Assembly (NCBI GenBank): GCA_963793425.1
Contig: CAWCAG010000005.1
Span: 608,001 to 672,000, forward strand
DNA from: an uncultured cyanobacterium
GTDB taxonomy: Bacteria; Cyanobacteriota; Cyanobacteriia; Cyanobacteriales; CAWCAG01
Direction: 5' to 3'
Length of the DNA stretch: 64,000 nucleotides
Made by a program: the position numbers and the translations under genes. Positions within the stretch are counted from its first letter, which is position 1. Each line of letters begins with the position of its first letter. Positions 20,378-31,338 of this stretch are shown in pieces. A model generated the notes under the pieces. It worked only from the letters and a program-made list of their open reading frames with translations, was not told the DNA's origin and searched no databases.

Positions 20378-20746
20378 AAATCAAAAAAAATCTCGTTACA
20401 TATTCGGAAACGGCTTCGTGAAATTGAAGTAATTAGTTCTAAGATAATCAATACTGAGATTGTGGAGGCAATTTGCAATTTAGCAACAACATTTCTACAT
20501 ATTTGTGAGAAAATTACTATGATGCTGAAACTAACTGAGCCTTAGAAGGATTTTGACTGGTTTAAGTAACTAAAATCCTTACTAACCTGTGATTTGAGAC
20601 ACAAGCAAGAAAACCAAAAAAGCTGAAAATATACAAGCATAGGGCTGGAGATAGTAGACAAATTAAAGACTGGCAACCTCTAGCTCAGTTAAACGAGGTA
20701 ATCGTTAGAAAATATATCTACCCTTTAAGGAGGTGAAACAAAACTT

Positions 20747-20938
20747 ATGCCACCGGTAACTTATTCTCGATTTTTGAATTTTCTAGAAAACGAACTAGCA
20801 ATATCCCAAGATTCCATTGCGATCGCCCAGAGGTATACAGATCAACATCCTGGATCTTTACCTATGGTTCTTTGGAAATACGGTTTAGTCACCCTAGAAC
20901 AACTTGATCAAATTTTTGACTGGCTGGAAACTGCTTAA
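20747..20938 (+). CDS. DUF2949 family protein
   Basis: FLENELAIS...LPMVLWKYGLVTLEQLDQIFDWL; AGGAGG RBS. Confidence 0.85.
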   Translation: MPPVTYSRFLNFLENELAISQDSIAIAQRYTDQHPGSLPMVLWKYGLVTLEQLDQIFDWLETA

Positions 20939-21073
20939 GACTATAGTAACTATCCAGGAGCAAATAATAAATGTCTAAGGTATTAAACTTTAGGAATAAA
21001 CAAGCTCACAAATACGGTTTGTTGCAATGGTTTTTCCAGCAACCGCCCAGAAAAAAAATAACAAAAAATTATT

Positions 21074-21105
21074 AAGAGCGAGTTATTAAATAACTCGCTC
21101 TTTTT
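21074..21105. terminator. Strong terminator hairpin
   Basis: aagagcgagttat / ataactcgctctt followed by T-run. Confidence 0.75.
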
Positions 21106-21155
21106 AGTTGGCTAAAAGAAAAGTTTTTCTATATTTCAGCTTTAAAAACTAATAA

Positions 21156-21480
21156 TCACTTAATCTTGATTTTCTGCGGAACAACGTACAAAGACAATCC
21201 TTTTCTTGCATCCACATCAAATTTTAAGCCAACCTCTATTTCTGCATCTGCTTCTATCTTTATTTCTGATTTATCATTAATCTGAATACTCTCAATAGTG
21301 GCGAATTGGCAGTAAGAAAGACTTTCACTAACCAACCAAAGACTAGAATTTACTGATAAAGCTGTTTTTTCTACTTTTGCCCTTCCTGCTTTAATTTTAT
21401 CAAACCACCTCGTTAGTTTTAATAATAGAGCGAACGGTAGCAATATCTTCTCTCGCTTTAACTAGAAGCTGTTGATACAC
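21156..21480 (-). pseudogene. MAE_28990/MAE_18760-like HEPN protein remnant (internal deletion with frameshift)
   Basis: GTG at 21480 gives MYQQLLVKAREDIATVRSIIKTNE then a stop at 21400. Another frame carries the C-terminus (...ATIESIQIND...EVGLKFDVDARKGL). Lies directly downstream of DUF262. Confidence 0.55.
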
Positions 21481-21486
21481 CTCTAT

Positions 21487-22122
21487 TTACTCCGCGATGA
21501 TTTTAGAAAGCATCTCATCGGACAATTGTATTCGTTTTTGCAGATCAGCTTTAGTTTTTCCTGAACCTGTAAACAACTTTGTACTATCAGCTTTGAATAT
21601 TTTTTGGGTTTCTTCTATAATTCGTGACTTTCGCTCTACTAATAATTCTGCATCTTTTAAATGACGACTGAATCCGACCATAACAGCATCATAATATGCT
21701 TTATAAGACTTGTCTTTCCAACTACTAGACTTAGGATCGAAAGGTTTAAATAATTTTCCCTGATACACTTTATCTGCTACATTAATGGTTTCAATAAATA
21801 TGTTTTCAAGAAGATTAATCTTCTCATCAGAATAAAGAATAATTGGCGGAACAGGAATGTTACACAAAAATGATTCAATTAGCAGCGATTGCCTCCTATC
21901 ATCCCAACGTGACCTTCTTTGATAAAATGGACTAAAATCCATATGACCTGGCTTCTGCAAAGCTTCAACAAAGCTGGGCAACTTTTCACGATTCATTTCA
22001 GTTAGGATTCTTTGGTGTCCCTTGTCATACTTAGCGTTAATTTCCTCCTCTGTCATTTTTGAATTGCTATTTCTTGAGGGAGATTTGTCCCACATTTTTG
22101 TTTCTGTTGATGCTATTGACAT
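21487..22122 (-). pseudogene. DUF262 (ParB-like/GmrSD N-terminal) protein with internal deletion
   Basis: PFYQRRSRW...LIESFLCNIPVPPIILY joined directly to a C-terminal segment; the catalytic DGQQR motif is absent. Confidence 0.65.
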
Positions 22123-22341
22123 TGACTTTACTCAAAACGATACAACTATATATAGCTTAGCCCGTTCTTTTAACAGCTTAATGTTACAGATCCAACCTTA
22201 AAAGAAAGTTCGTAACTCACTAAAATCTTTTTCCTGTAATTAGAATTTAAAAATAAATCTTTCTGTTGAATAATAGTAAAGAGCCATATTTTCCTATAGG
22301 ATTTAAGCAAATAAAAATTCGTAAGTGACAGTAGTGTAAAA

Positions 22342-23448
22342 GTGAACAGTAAAAAAATATTCAATCACGACATTATGACCTGTACCCATGAGGCGGTGGT
22401 GGGTAACCATCTTTATTCTGGTAGGGTACTTGGTATGACAGAGTCCCAGGATATTATTCAACTACATCCTGACTTAAAACCAGAGTGGAATACTATCGTT
22501 GAACACTACCAACGTATCGGTTTAAACCACACTCATGAAGTCATTTGGGATGTATCGCGAGTAAAAATGGGGGATTATCCAGACTATGATATTTCCGTCT
22601 TTTTCTTTGGTGATGCTTTTGGTGACGACCACAACAGCCAAGATTGGTTTCGTCAAGCAGATGAAGATTGGTTGAAAGTTGTTGCCTTCATGAACTCCAA
22701 GAACAACTTTATTAAAATAGCCCAAGAACTTGAAGTCACAATTCCTCAAACTATCTGTGTTGATAGCAAAACAAAAATAACTAGCTACGAAGAACTTCCT
22801 TATCCTTGTTATTTAAAGCCAGCAGTTTCTGTTGATGGTATGGGTATTGTACGCTGCGAAGACAAAAAAGAATTAATTGCGGCCATGGAATTTGTTGAGG
22901 GAGATGTACCTCTACAAATTCAAGAAGAAATTATCGCTTCTAAGTTCTTGAACTTACAATATTCCATTAAAGGAGAACAAGTTCAACCCTTAGCCGCATC
23001 AGAACAGATATTAGCAGACTGTACCCACATGGGCAATCGCTATCCTACACCTCACCAACCTTGGGAAGTTGTGGAACCGATGGCGGAATGGATGTTAGAA
23101 AATGGCATGAAAGAAATTTTTGCCTTTGATGTCGCTGTAGTCGAAGGGGAAAATGCCACCCGTTATGTAGCTATTGAGTGCAATCCTCGCTTCAATGGTG
23201 CATCTTATCCCACCGGAATTGCCCAGAAATTGAACATATCTAGTTGGACAAGCGAAAACTTTAATACCAGCCATCGTTCCTTAAAGGAGATAAATTTGGA
23301 AGGTATTGAGTTTGATTCTCAAAGTAGTACGGGAGTAATTTTGGTTAACTGGGGCTGTATTTTAGTGGGGAAAGTAGGTGTATTGTTGGCAGGGACAGTA
23401 GAACAACAAGACAAACTTCGCGTGATTCTACAAGAACGACTTGGATGA
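22342..23448 (+). CDS. ATP-grasp domain protein
   Basis: YPCYLKPAVSVDGMG, IQEEI, FAFDV, IECNPRFNG. Confidence 0.75.
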   Translation: MNSKKIFNHDIMTCTHEAVVGNHLYSGRVLGMTESQDIIQLHPDLKPEWNTIVEHYQRIGLNHTHEVIWDVSRVKMGDYPDYDISVFFFGDAFGDDHNSQDWFRQADEDWLKVVAFMNSKNNFIKIAQELEVTIPQTICVDSKTKITSYEELPYPCYLKPAVSVDGMGIVRCEDKKELIAAMEFVEGDVPLQIQEEIIASKFLNLQYSIKGEQVQPLAASEQILADCTHMGNRYPTPHQPWEVVEPMAEWMLENGMKEIFAFDVAVVEGENATRYVAIECNPRFNGASYPTGIAQKLNISSWTSENFNTSHRSLKEINLEGIEFDSQSSTGVILVNWGCILVGKVGVLLAGTVEQQDKLRVILQERLG

Positions 23449-23561
23449 TTTCTGCGGTCTAACTCAAAAACCGACCGTCTTAAGGCAGAAAAGTTAAACT
23501 AGATACAGTAACCGTATGTAAAAAGCAAACCCCATCAAGCTATCTTAAAAAAAGCAAGGGC

Positions 23562-25583
23562 ATGAAAAAAAACCAGATTAACAAGCAAGTAGTTTTTTCT
23601 CATAGAAACAGTAAGAGTTCTCCTTCAAAACAAGGTACAAAAGCACCGCAAAGCCTCTGGCGTTTTGCTACTAGCTTGCTACTTTTCTCTACTATGTTGC
23701 TGGGAAATCCTGCCCATGCCCAGAAAGAAGAAGAGAGTAATGAAATTAGCTATAGCGAACTCTTAGAACAAATTGACAAAGGTAAAGTAGAAAAAATTCA
23801 GATTGACGAAACCACTGAAACCGCAAAGGTTTTTCTGGCTGGCCAAGATGCTGATACCCCTCCTAAAGAGGTCAAATTATTTCATCAAAATCCTGAACTT
23901 ATTGAGAAAATCAATGGTAGTGGAGAGCCAAAAAACACCGATATCGATGGTGAAGCCATACTTCCAAAACCAGAAACCCCTACACCTCAAAATCCTCAAA
24001 AAGTTGAACTAGAAGTTACCCAATCTACTGATCACTCCGAGGCTTTTGGCATCGCCGTTAATATTTTGATCCTCGTAATTTTATTAGGTGGATTAATTGC
24101 CATTTTGCGGCGTTCAGCAGCATCTTCTGGCCAAGCTATGAATTTTGGGAAATCCCGCGCCCGCTTTCAAATGGAAGCAGAAACAGGTATCCAATTCAAT
24201 GATGTGGCTGGTATTGATGAAGCTAAAGAAGAACTGCAAGAAGTAGTTAGCTTCCTCAAAGAAACTGAGCGTTTTACGGCCCTGGGCGCTCGTATTCCTA
24301 AAGGAGTTTTGTTAATTGGACCTCCTGGAACTGGAAAAACTTTATTAGCTAAGGCTGTAGCTGGAGAAGCTGGAGTTCCCTTCTTTAGCATTTCTGGCTC
24401 AGAATTTGTGGAAATGTTTGTTGGGGTGGGGGCTTCTCGTGTTCGGGACTTATTTAAAAAAGCCAAAGAAAATGCTCCTTGTCTCATTTTTATTGATGAA
24501 ATTGATGCGGTAGGTAGACAGCGAGGGGCAGGAATTGGTGGTGGCAATGATGAGAGGGAACAAACCCTCAACCAACTCCTCACAGAGATGGATGGTTTTG
24601 AAATGAATACCGGGATCATTGTGATTGCTGCTACCAATAGAGCCGATGTTCTCGATTCTGCCTTATTGCGTCCAGGAAGATTTGACCGTCAAGTTATGGT
24701 AGATTTACCTGGATATAACGGGCGTTTGGGCATCCTGCAAGTCCATTCCCGTACCAAAAAAGTTGCTGAAGATGTCTCCTTAGAAGCCGTAGCCCGCCGT
24801 ACTCCTGGTCTTTCTGGGGCTGATTTAGCTAACTTACTTAACGAATCTGCCATTTTAACAGCGAGGCGGCGTAAGGAAGCTATTACTACCCTAGAAATTG
24901 AGGATGCCCTTGATCGCATCACCATCGGCTTAAGTATGAATCCCCTTTTGGATAGTAAGAAAAAGCGGCTAATTGCTTACCACGAAGTTGGTCATGCTTT
25001 ATTAATGACATTGTTGAAGCATTCCGATCCCCTCAATAAAGTGACGATTATTCCTCGCTCTGGGGGCATAGGAGGCTTTGCCCAACCGATATATGACGAA
25101 GAAATGGTAGATAGTGGTCTTTATAGTCGGGCTTGGCTGATGGATCAAATTACCATCTATTTAGGGGGAAGAGCCTCAGAAGAGGAGGTTTTTGGTCATG
25201 ACGAAGTTACAATAGGAGCAAGTGGAGATATTAAAGGAGTTGCTGATTTAGCGAGAAAAATAGTAACTCGTTATGGGATGTCAGACCTTGGCCCCATAGC
25301 ACTAGAAAATCCTGACGACCAAGTTTTTCTCGGTTCAGGGTGGGGGCCTCGTTCAGAATATTCTGAAGAAGTCGCCCAAAAAATTGACCAACAGGTAAGA
25401 GAAATTGCCAACCAAGGTCACACCGAAGCAAGAAGACTGATTCGCGAACATCGTCCCTTGGTAGATAGTTTAGTGGATTTGTTGCTGGAAAAAGAAACTA
25501 TTGAAGGAGATGAATTCCGGCGTATCGTCGCTAAGTATACAGATTTACCAGAGAAGCAAAGGCAGTTGGTTGCTTCTGCCTAA
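23562..25583 (+). CDS. ftsH: ATP-dependent zinc metalloprotease FtsH
   Basis: [32 protein letters not shown]. Confidence 0.96.
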   Translation: MKKNQINKQVVFSHRNSKSSPSKQGTKAPQSLWRFATSLLLFSTMLLGNPAHAQKEEESNEISYSELLEQIDKGKVEKIQIDETTETAKVFLAGQDADTPPKEVKLFHQNPELIEKINGSGEPKNTDIDGEAILPKPETPTPQNPQKVELEVTQSTDHSEAFGIAVNILILVILLGGLIAILRRSAASSGQAMNFGKSRARFQMEAETGIQFNDVAGIDEAKEELQEVVSFLKETERFTALGARIPKGVLLIGPPGTGKTLLAKAVAGEAGVPFFSISGSEFVEMFVGVGASRVRDLFKKAKENAPCLIFIDEIDAVGRQRGAGIGGGNDEREQTLNQLLTEMDGFEMNTGIIVIAATNRADVLDSALLRPGRFDRQVMVDLPGYNGRLGILQVHSRTKKVAEDVSLEAVARRTPGLSGADLANLLNESAILTARRRKEAITTLEIEDALDRITIGLSMNPLLDSKKKRLIAYHEVGHALLMTLLKHSDPLNKVTIIPRSGGIGGFAQPIYDEEMVDSGLYSRAWLMDQITIYLGGRASEEEVFGHDEVTIGASGDIKGVADLARKIVTRYGMSDLGPIALENPDDQVFLGSGWGPRSEYSEEVAQKIDQQVREIANQGHTEARRLIREHRPLVDSLVDLLLEKETIEGDEFRRIVAKYTDLPEKQRQLVASA

Positions 25584-25589
25584 AAAAAA

Positions 25590-25617
25590 TATCCCCGGCA
25601 TTAAGGCTGGGGATATC
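25590..25617. terminator. Terminator between convergent ftsH and DUF4912 genes
   Basis: atatccccgg...ctggggatat. Confidence 0.55.
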
Positions 25618-25655
25618 TATTAAAGTAGCTAGGAAAATTGAAAATTTAGTTTAAT

Positions 25656-26876
25656 TTAAGCAAACCATTCTTCTACTGCTTCTTCTTTGGTATTCGTATT
25701 TCGAGAAGGAGTTTCGCGGTTGAACTTCATTTGAATAGAACGAGTTTGTTCACCATCAACAGCTACTGCCTTGATAGGATAATCGATTAAGCCGTCTTGG
25801 AAAGACATTTGGAAGCGGAAAGTGCCGTCAGGACTAAGTTTGATGGGGCGACCACCAATGGTAACTGTAGCATCAGGTTCCGTTGCACCATAAACAATTA
25901 ACTCCGCATCAGCTACCAACCAGAACTTGCGAGGGCGAACTGGAGGCGCAGAAGCAGAGAAACCTGCCCCAGACATATTTCCAGAAGCCCACATTCCTAC
26001 TCCAGAGGGGAAAACATAGGAACTAATAGCTTCTTCATGAACAGGAACTTGTTGCATGGAACCGTAAAGAGAACCCGCAATCCTTTGGGCTTCGGTAGAC
26101 TCAGCCATACCGAAAATTTCATCATAAATGGGGTTACCAGCAGTCGCAGTACCACCTCCCATACTACTAGCAGAGGCAGCAGTACTTTTGCTGGGGGGAA
26201 CAAGTTGAAAGACTGTTTTACCTTGTAAATCTTCTTCCCAATCTACAGTTACAAGTTGATCTTCTATCCAATCAGAAGGATAAACGGGTGGTACGCGCAC
26301 TACCGCAGAACGGGCTAAGATTAGCCAGCGTCCATCTGCACAGCGATAACCAATATCTACTGCATAGTCGCGATCGCTAACCGGCATTGGTAAATACCAT
26401 TCTCTGGCTAGTTCATCACAGGGAAATTCTTGTAAGCTATGGGGACTCTGAGAATCTAGGTTGATATCAGTAACATCGTAGAGTCGTAGAGTAAGTTGTT
26501 GCCCCCCTTGGCGACGCAATTCTTCTTTATGTTCCCCAGGAATATCCCAGTAGGTATAGCACCATTGAGGATCACGGGGCATTAAAACAATTCTGCTTGT
26601 ACCATAGCCATCAGGAAGTTCCTTAAGTCCCTCATCTACGGATGCTAAGCTTCCGCCGGTAGGATCTTCTTGACCTAGTTCAAATTTAGATGCTTCCACT
26701 TGTGCCTCCGATATGATAGATGGACTGCGAGAAAATTTTTCGCTTGCTCTTTTCTGTAATTCAGCGAGTAGCTGTGCCTTACGCATCCGGCTATAGCGAC
26801 TTACATTATATTCACTGGCAACTCGACGAAGCTGCCTTAGAGTCATTTCTTCTAAAGGTGGACGTTCTTTTGCCAT
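25656..26876 (-). CDS. DUF4912 protein with N-terminal Rho-N-like domain
   Basis: LEEMTLRQLRRVA...YSRMRKAQL; LMPRDPQW; ELIVYGATEPDA. Confidence 0.85.
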   Translation of the reverse strand: MAKERPPLEEMTLRQLRRVASEYNVSRYSRMRKAQLLAELQKRASEKFSRSPSIISEAQVEASKFELGQEDPTGGSLASVDEGLKELPDGYGTSRIVLMPRDPQWCYTYWDIPGEHKEELRRQGGQQLTLRLYDVTDINLDSQSPHSLQEFPCDELAREWYLPMPVSDRDYAVDIGYRCADGRWLILARSAVVRVPPVYPSDWIEDQLVTVDWEEDLQGKTVFQLVPPSKSTAASASSMGGGTATAGNPIYDEIFGMAESTEAQRIAGSLYGSMQQVPVHEEAISSYVFPSGVGMWASGNMSGAGFSASAPPVRPRKFWLVADAELIVYGATEPDATVTIGGRPIKLSPDGTFRFQMSFQDGLIDYPIKAVAVDGEQTRSIQMKFNRETPSRNTNTKEEAVEEWFA

Positions 26877-27336
26877 GAGTTTCGATCTCCTATTCAGCGT
26901 ATCCGGCTAATCCCCGGCTTCTTGAGTTTGGTTACTTTTTCTTTTGAAGCTAGTGTTTTTTGTGGCTACCAAATAAAGTTTTGATGACCTAACTTTTGAT
27001 GTGGGATCGTGGGGATCGCTTATGTATTTAAAATGTAACAGAATTTTAACGAGGGAGATCGCCTGCTGTTACTAAATTTTGGCTTTTAGAACGAGTTTTC
27101 GAGCTTGCGGGGGATCGTCATGTCAATTTTTCCTGACATTACCTCGAAAATACTAAATATGGGGATCTTGAACAAGTACTCCTGAATTCACTGATAATTA
27201 GATTCTTTGATCGCAGTCTACAAACTAGTTTTAATCGTCCATGATATTTGTAGATATTCAGTTTTATTTTTTGACTCAACCTAAAGAAAATCACATACTT
27301 GTAGGTTAATACTCAAATTAACTTTAATTAAAGAAG

Positions 27337-27558
27337 ATGAAACTCAAAGTGACGGCGGTAGGCAATTCTGTAGGCATAATTTTTTCTGAGGAACTTTTAG
27401 AAAAACTGTGTATTAGCCAAGGAGATACACTTTACGTCACACAAACCCCTAGAGGAGTCGAACTCAGTCTTTATGACGAAGAGTTTGCTACCCAAATGGA
27501 GATAGCTGAGTTAATAATGCGTGAGGATAGCGATGTGTTGCATAAGTTAGCACAATGA
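27337..27558 (+). CDS. AbrB/MazE-type antitoxin
   Basis: LKVTAVGNSVGII; ATGA overlap with the toxin gene. Confidence 0.85.
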   Translation: MKLKVTAVGNSVGIIFSEELLEKLCISQGDTLYVTQTPRGVELSLYDEEFATQMEIAELIMREDSDVLHKLAQ

Positions 27559-27944
27559 CATCTCCTGTTTGGATTGAAGCACTAGTGGTTATTGCTATAC
27601 ACAGTCGCCAGTTAGAGCAACACGGAGGTAGTGAGGGAATTAGGGATGAGGGATTGTTAGAGTCAGCACTATTTAGACCAAAAAACCAATTTAATTATGG
27701 CAATCCAACCATCTTTGATTTAGCAGCAGCTTATGGATATGGTCTTACCAATAATCATCCTTTTATTGATGGTAATAAAAGAACATCTTATATTGTGATG
27801 CGGACTTTTCTGCGACTTAACGGCTACAATCTCCAAGCATCAGCCATAGACAAATATGAAACATGGATACGTCTTGCCAATAATCAAATTAATGAAGCTG
27901 AGTTAGCTAGTTGGATTGAGGAAAAATCTGTGAAGATTAAGTAG
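27555..27944 (+). CDS. Doc/Fic family toxin
   Basis: HGGSEGIRDEGLLESAL; HPFIDGNKRT. Confidence 0.9.
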   Translation: MTSPVWIEALVVIAIHSRQLEQHGGSEGIRDEGLLESALFRPKNQFNYGNPTIFDLAAAYGYGLTNNHPFIDGNKRTSYIVMRTFLRLNGYNLQASAIDKYETWIRLANNQINEAELASWIEEKSVKIK

Positions 27945-28233
27945 TGATTGCTAGAAATAAATACTGCCACGAATTACTAATGAGATAACTAATATAGGCA
28001 GGAGATAAATAGTACTTATTATTGTGCGATCACGCTCTAAAAAATAATTGCGATCGCCCATAACATTTTCAGGTATTGGGTTTTATTTTTTTGTTTGATT
28101 TATGAGTGCGATCGCTCTATTAGACATATTGTTACTAGGAATTTAATAGCCTTTCTATCACTTGTTCGCGAGTAAAAGAGTCATTTTCTTTACGAAATCT
28201 TGTTGCTAGGAATTTGATAGCATTTCATCTTTT

Positions 28234-29402
28234 CTACACTTGTTCGTGAGTAAAGGAAGGATTCTCTCTCCTAATAATCCAGTAGCGAATATGACCATTT
28301 ACTCTATTCTGTAGATTCCGACCTTTACCATCTTCATCAATCCATTTTTGTACTTCTTTCCTAGTAGGTAATTGAGGACTTTTAGTGAAGCCTTCAGCTT
28401 TACATTTATCTCTTATTTCTTCTATCAGAGGCGTATCTTTCATTTTTTTTGCAGCAGTTCGTTGAGCTTCTGCTTTTTCTCGTACTTTAATTTGATACTC
28501 TTCTGCTTCCGGTAGAGGGATAATCTGTTCAATATTGAGCAAAAGTTCTTCTCCAAGTTTATAGGGCTGTAGTCGGACGCAGCGAATATCCAAATTTCGC
28601 TCATTGAGCCACATTACAGTAGTCGTCAGCTCTCTAGAAAAATTGCCAGATGCCAGCACAATTCTGACATCTGTAGGAAACTGTTCCTCTAAAGAATCAC
28701 TCCAATCCAAGAAATCAAGGATATCTTCTTCAGGATTTTTCTCAATGGCACGTTTATTGAGATATTGCTTGTAAACTTCAACAGCTTTCTCAAATGTCAT
28801 TGTAGAAACCATCGCTGCATAGCGCAGAGCTTGAAGTTCCATATGAAACGTTTCATCTCGCATAGTTAAAATACAAGATTGCAACGAATATCCAAGTTTC
28901 GCTCATTCAACCACATTACAGTAGTAGTTAACTCTCTAGAAAAATTGCCAGATGCTAGTACAATTCTGACATCCGTAGGAAACTGTTCTTCTAAAGAATC
29001 ACTCCAACCTAAAAAATCAAGAATGTCTTCTTCAGGATTTTTCTCAATGGCACGTTTATTGAGATATTGCTTGTAAACTTCAACAGCTTTCTCAAATGTC
29101 ATTGTAGAAACCATCGCTGCATAGCGCAGAGCTTGAAGTTCCATATGAACCCCCGTTTCATCTCGCTTCAGTTCAATTACTACAAGATTTGCTTGCTTAT
29201 CAATACCAAGAAGATCGATTCTTCTGGCTCCCTCTGTCCACTCTGAAAACTCTTCAGCGATAATTAAAGTGTCTGGAGAGATAGCATTGATTTGATCTCT
29301 CAAGGCTGACTGAAGATCCACACGTTCTGTAATTCCTTCTATTCCAAACTGAGTACTCTGAACTTCTGCGATTTGCTTGTTTCTGAAAGTATAAAGGGGC
29401 AT
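28234..29402 (-). pseudogene. NucS/DUF91-like PD-(D/E)xK nuclease gene split by a ~300-bp internal tandem duplication
   Basis: RRIDLLGIDKQANLVVIELKR...QALRYAA; ORFs 28866-29402 and 28234-28884 share ~90 nearly identical residues. Confidence 0.7.
28579..29190. repeat. Imperfect tandem duplication, period ~302 bp
   Basis: cgaatatccaa at 28583 and 28885; copies are identical over one part and differ mostly at synonymous sites over the other. Confidence 0.9.
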
Positions 29403-29454
29403 AGATTATGCTGAAGTATAGACGATTACTTCTAGTTGCCAACAGCCACAAAAA

Positions 29455-29532
29455 ATGACCATTGAGGAATATTTTGTCTGGGAACCCAAGCAAAATATCC
29501 ACTATGAATATATTAATGGGGAAGTCTATTCC
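29455..29532 (+). pseudogene. Uma2 family N-terminal fragment
   Basis: MTIEEYFVWEPKQNIHYEYINGEVY, then runs into the 3' end of the convergent gene. Confidence 0.6.
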
Positions 29533-31338
29533 TTATTGACAAACATAAAAACAACTATGTAAATGTTCATCTCCTGTAGGTTCAAACTTATTGGTTATCC
29601 AAGCAGATTGATAGGGTTGAAGTAGGAACTCTGCATAGAGATCCTCAATTTGATAGCCGCTAATCAGATCAGCCCAAGTATCTGTACCTACCAAATTCAA
29701 ATCTCCTAAATTGATTTTTTGAGTGCGATCGCTCAAATTATGCAAACAGAAAATGCTTTGATCTCGAATAATACTTTGCCGCCAGAAAGCAAAAATTTCC
29801 GGGGCAATATGCAGAGTATACTGAGTTGCATTAGGGTGAAATGCACCTTGTTGACGACGGATTTTAATTAAGCGAGAAAGTTCTTTTAAAACGATAGCTT
29901 GAGGAGATTTGGAATCTTGTAACTTTTCATTTAACTCTTCATAATTCCATTGATAGCGGTTAATAGAACGGTTTCTGCCTGTACGTTTAACCCCTTCCTT
30001 ATCATTAGGTGTCGCCAACAAACTATGGATATAAAAAGCGGGAATACCTTCTAAGGACATCATAATAGTTTGAGAACAAACAAAGCGTTGCATTTGCCAA
30101 TCATCTTCCCCTTTTGCAGTACCTTTTAAAGCATCAAAAAGAGAAATATTTACTTCATAAGGACTTTCTGTACCATCGTCCTTTGTTCTCATACTAATCT
30201 CCCCACCAAACTGCTTCATACAACCAAGTAAGGTTTGATATTCATCATCAGATAACAATCCTTCGGCAGGGCGCAAACCGATACCATCGTGGGAAGCGGT
30301 AAAGTTGAGATAAGCACATCCTAGGGGGGCGGGAGGCATACTCATCATCCAAGTTTTGAGGTGAACACATTTCCCTTGGAGTAAAGCATTAAGCAACAAA
30401 GGCGGCAAGCTAAAGTTATAAATCAGATGAGCCTCATTACGGTTGCCGAAGTAACTGAGGTTTTCTTTATTTGGTACGTTAGTTTCTGTAATTAAAGCGA
30501 TGGAAGGGTCAACAATTTGTAAAATTTCCCGCATCAACTTAATAGCAGCGTGGGTTTCCGGCAAATGGATACAAGGAGTCCCCAAACACTTCCACAAATA
30601 ACCAATTGCATCAAGGCGAATATATTTAGCCCCCGCTTCAATATAAAAAATAATGATCTTAATAAACTCAATCAAAACATCCGGGTTAGCAAAATCAAGA
30701 TCAATTTGATCATGACTAAAGGTTGCCCAAACATACTTTTCTCCCTTAACAGTATCTACTTTAACCAGTAAGGGGCTGCTACGGGGACGAACAACACCAG
30801 AAGTATCAACATCAGATTCTACTTCAATAAAATAATCGCAGCCTGGTTTCTCACCTTGCTTAAACTGTTCAAACCAAGCACTCTGACTAGAAACGTGATT
30901 AATTACTAAATCCGCCATCAAATCGAATTTATCGGCAATTCTTTTAATATCCTGCCAGTCTCCCAAAGCCGGATTAACCTTCAAATAATCAATAACCGCA
31001 AAGCCATCATCAGAACTGTAGGGACAAAAGGGTAAAATATGTACCCCAGTGATAGTATCTTGCAAATACTCTTCTAAAAAACGACTCAAAGTAACTAGAG
31101 ATTTTTCCCCAGAATCACTACAAATGCTATCTCCGTAGGTAATGAGTAAAACTTTGTCTTCACTCCATTTTGTCAAATTCTCTTCTACTGATGTAGAAAA
31201 ATAGTCTTGGAGTTCAGTAAATAACTTTTGTATTAAAGCCTCTACATCCTCATCTACATAGATTTTTTCTAAAAGAGGCTTAACACGCACAGAAAAATGT
31301 GCATAGCGATCGCTGGTACTGAGGGTTGATGCAGTCAT
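29533..31338 (-). CDS. GH13_18 sugar phosphorylase (glucosylglycerate/sucrose phosphorylase family)
   Basis: LITYGDS, SSDDGF, DLVINH, WATFSHDQIDL, IRLDAIGYLWK, ITETNV, ASHDGIG. Confidence 0.88.
   Translation of the reverse strand: MTASTLSTSDRYAHFSVRVKPLLEKIYVDEDVEALIQKLFTELQDYFSTSVEENLTKWSEDKVLLITYGDSICSDSGEKSLVTLSRFLEEYLQDTITGVHILPFCPYSSDDGFAVIDYLKVNPALGDWQDIKRIADKFDLMADLVINHVSSQSAWFEQFKQGEKPGCDYFIEVESDVDTSGVVRPRSSPLLVKVDTVKGEKYVWATFSHDQIDLDFANPDVLIEFIKIIIFYIEAGAKYIRLDAIGYLWKCLGTPCIHLPETHAAIKLMREILQIVDPSIALITETNVPNKENLSYFGNRNEAHLIYNFSLPPLLLNALLQGKCVHLKTWMMSMPPAPLGCAYLNFTASHDGIGLRPAEGLLSDDEYQTLLGCMKQFGGEISMRTKDDGTESPYEVNISLFDALKGTAKGEDDWQMQRFVCSQTIMMSLEGIPAFYIHSLLATPNDKEGVKRTGRNRSINRYQWNYEELNEKLQDSKSPQAIVLKELSRLIKIRRQQGAFHPNATQYTLHIAPEIFAFWRQSIIRDQSIFCLHNLSDRTQKINLGDLNLVGTDTWADLISGYQIEDLYAEFLLQPYQSAWITNKFEPTGDEHLHSCFYVCQ

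Noticed and set aside
21015..21047. Weak hairpin before the strong terminator (possible sRNA)
   Set aside because: No clear promoter; simpler to read as the DUF2949 3' UTR
28579..29190. Diversity-generating retroelement TR/VR pair
   Set aside because: Differences are mostly synonymous and not adenine-specific; no RT nearby
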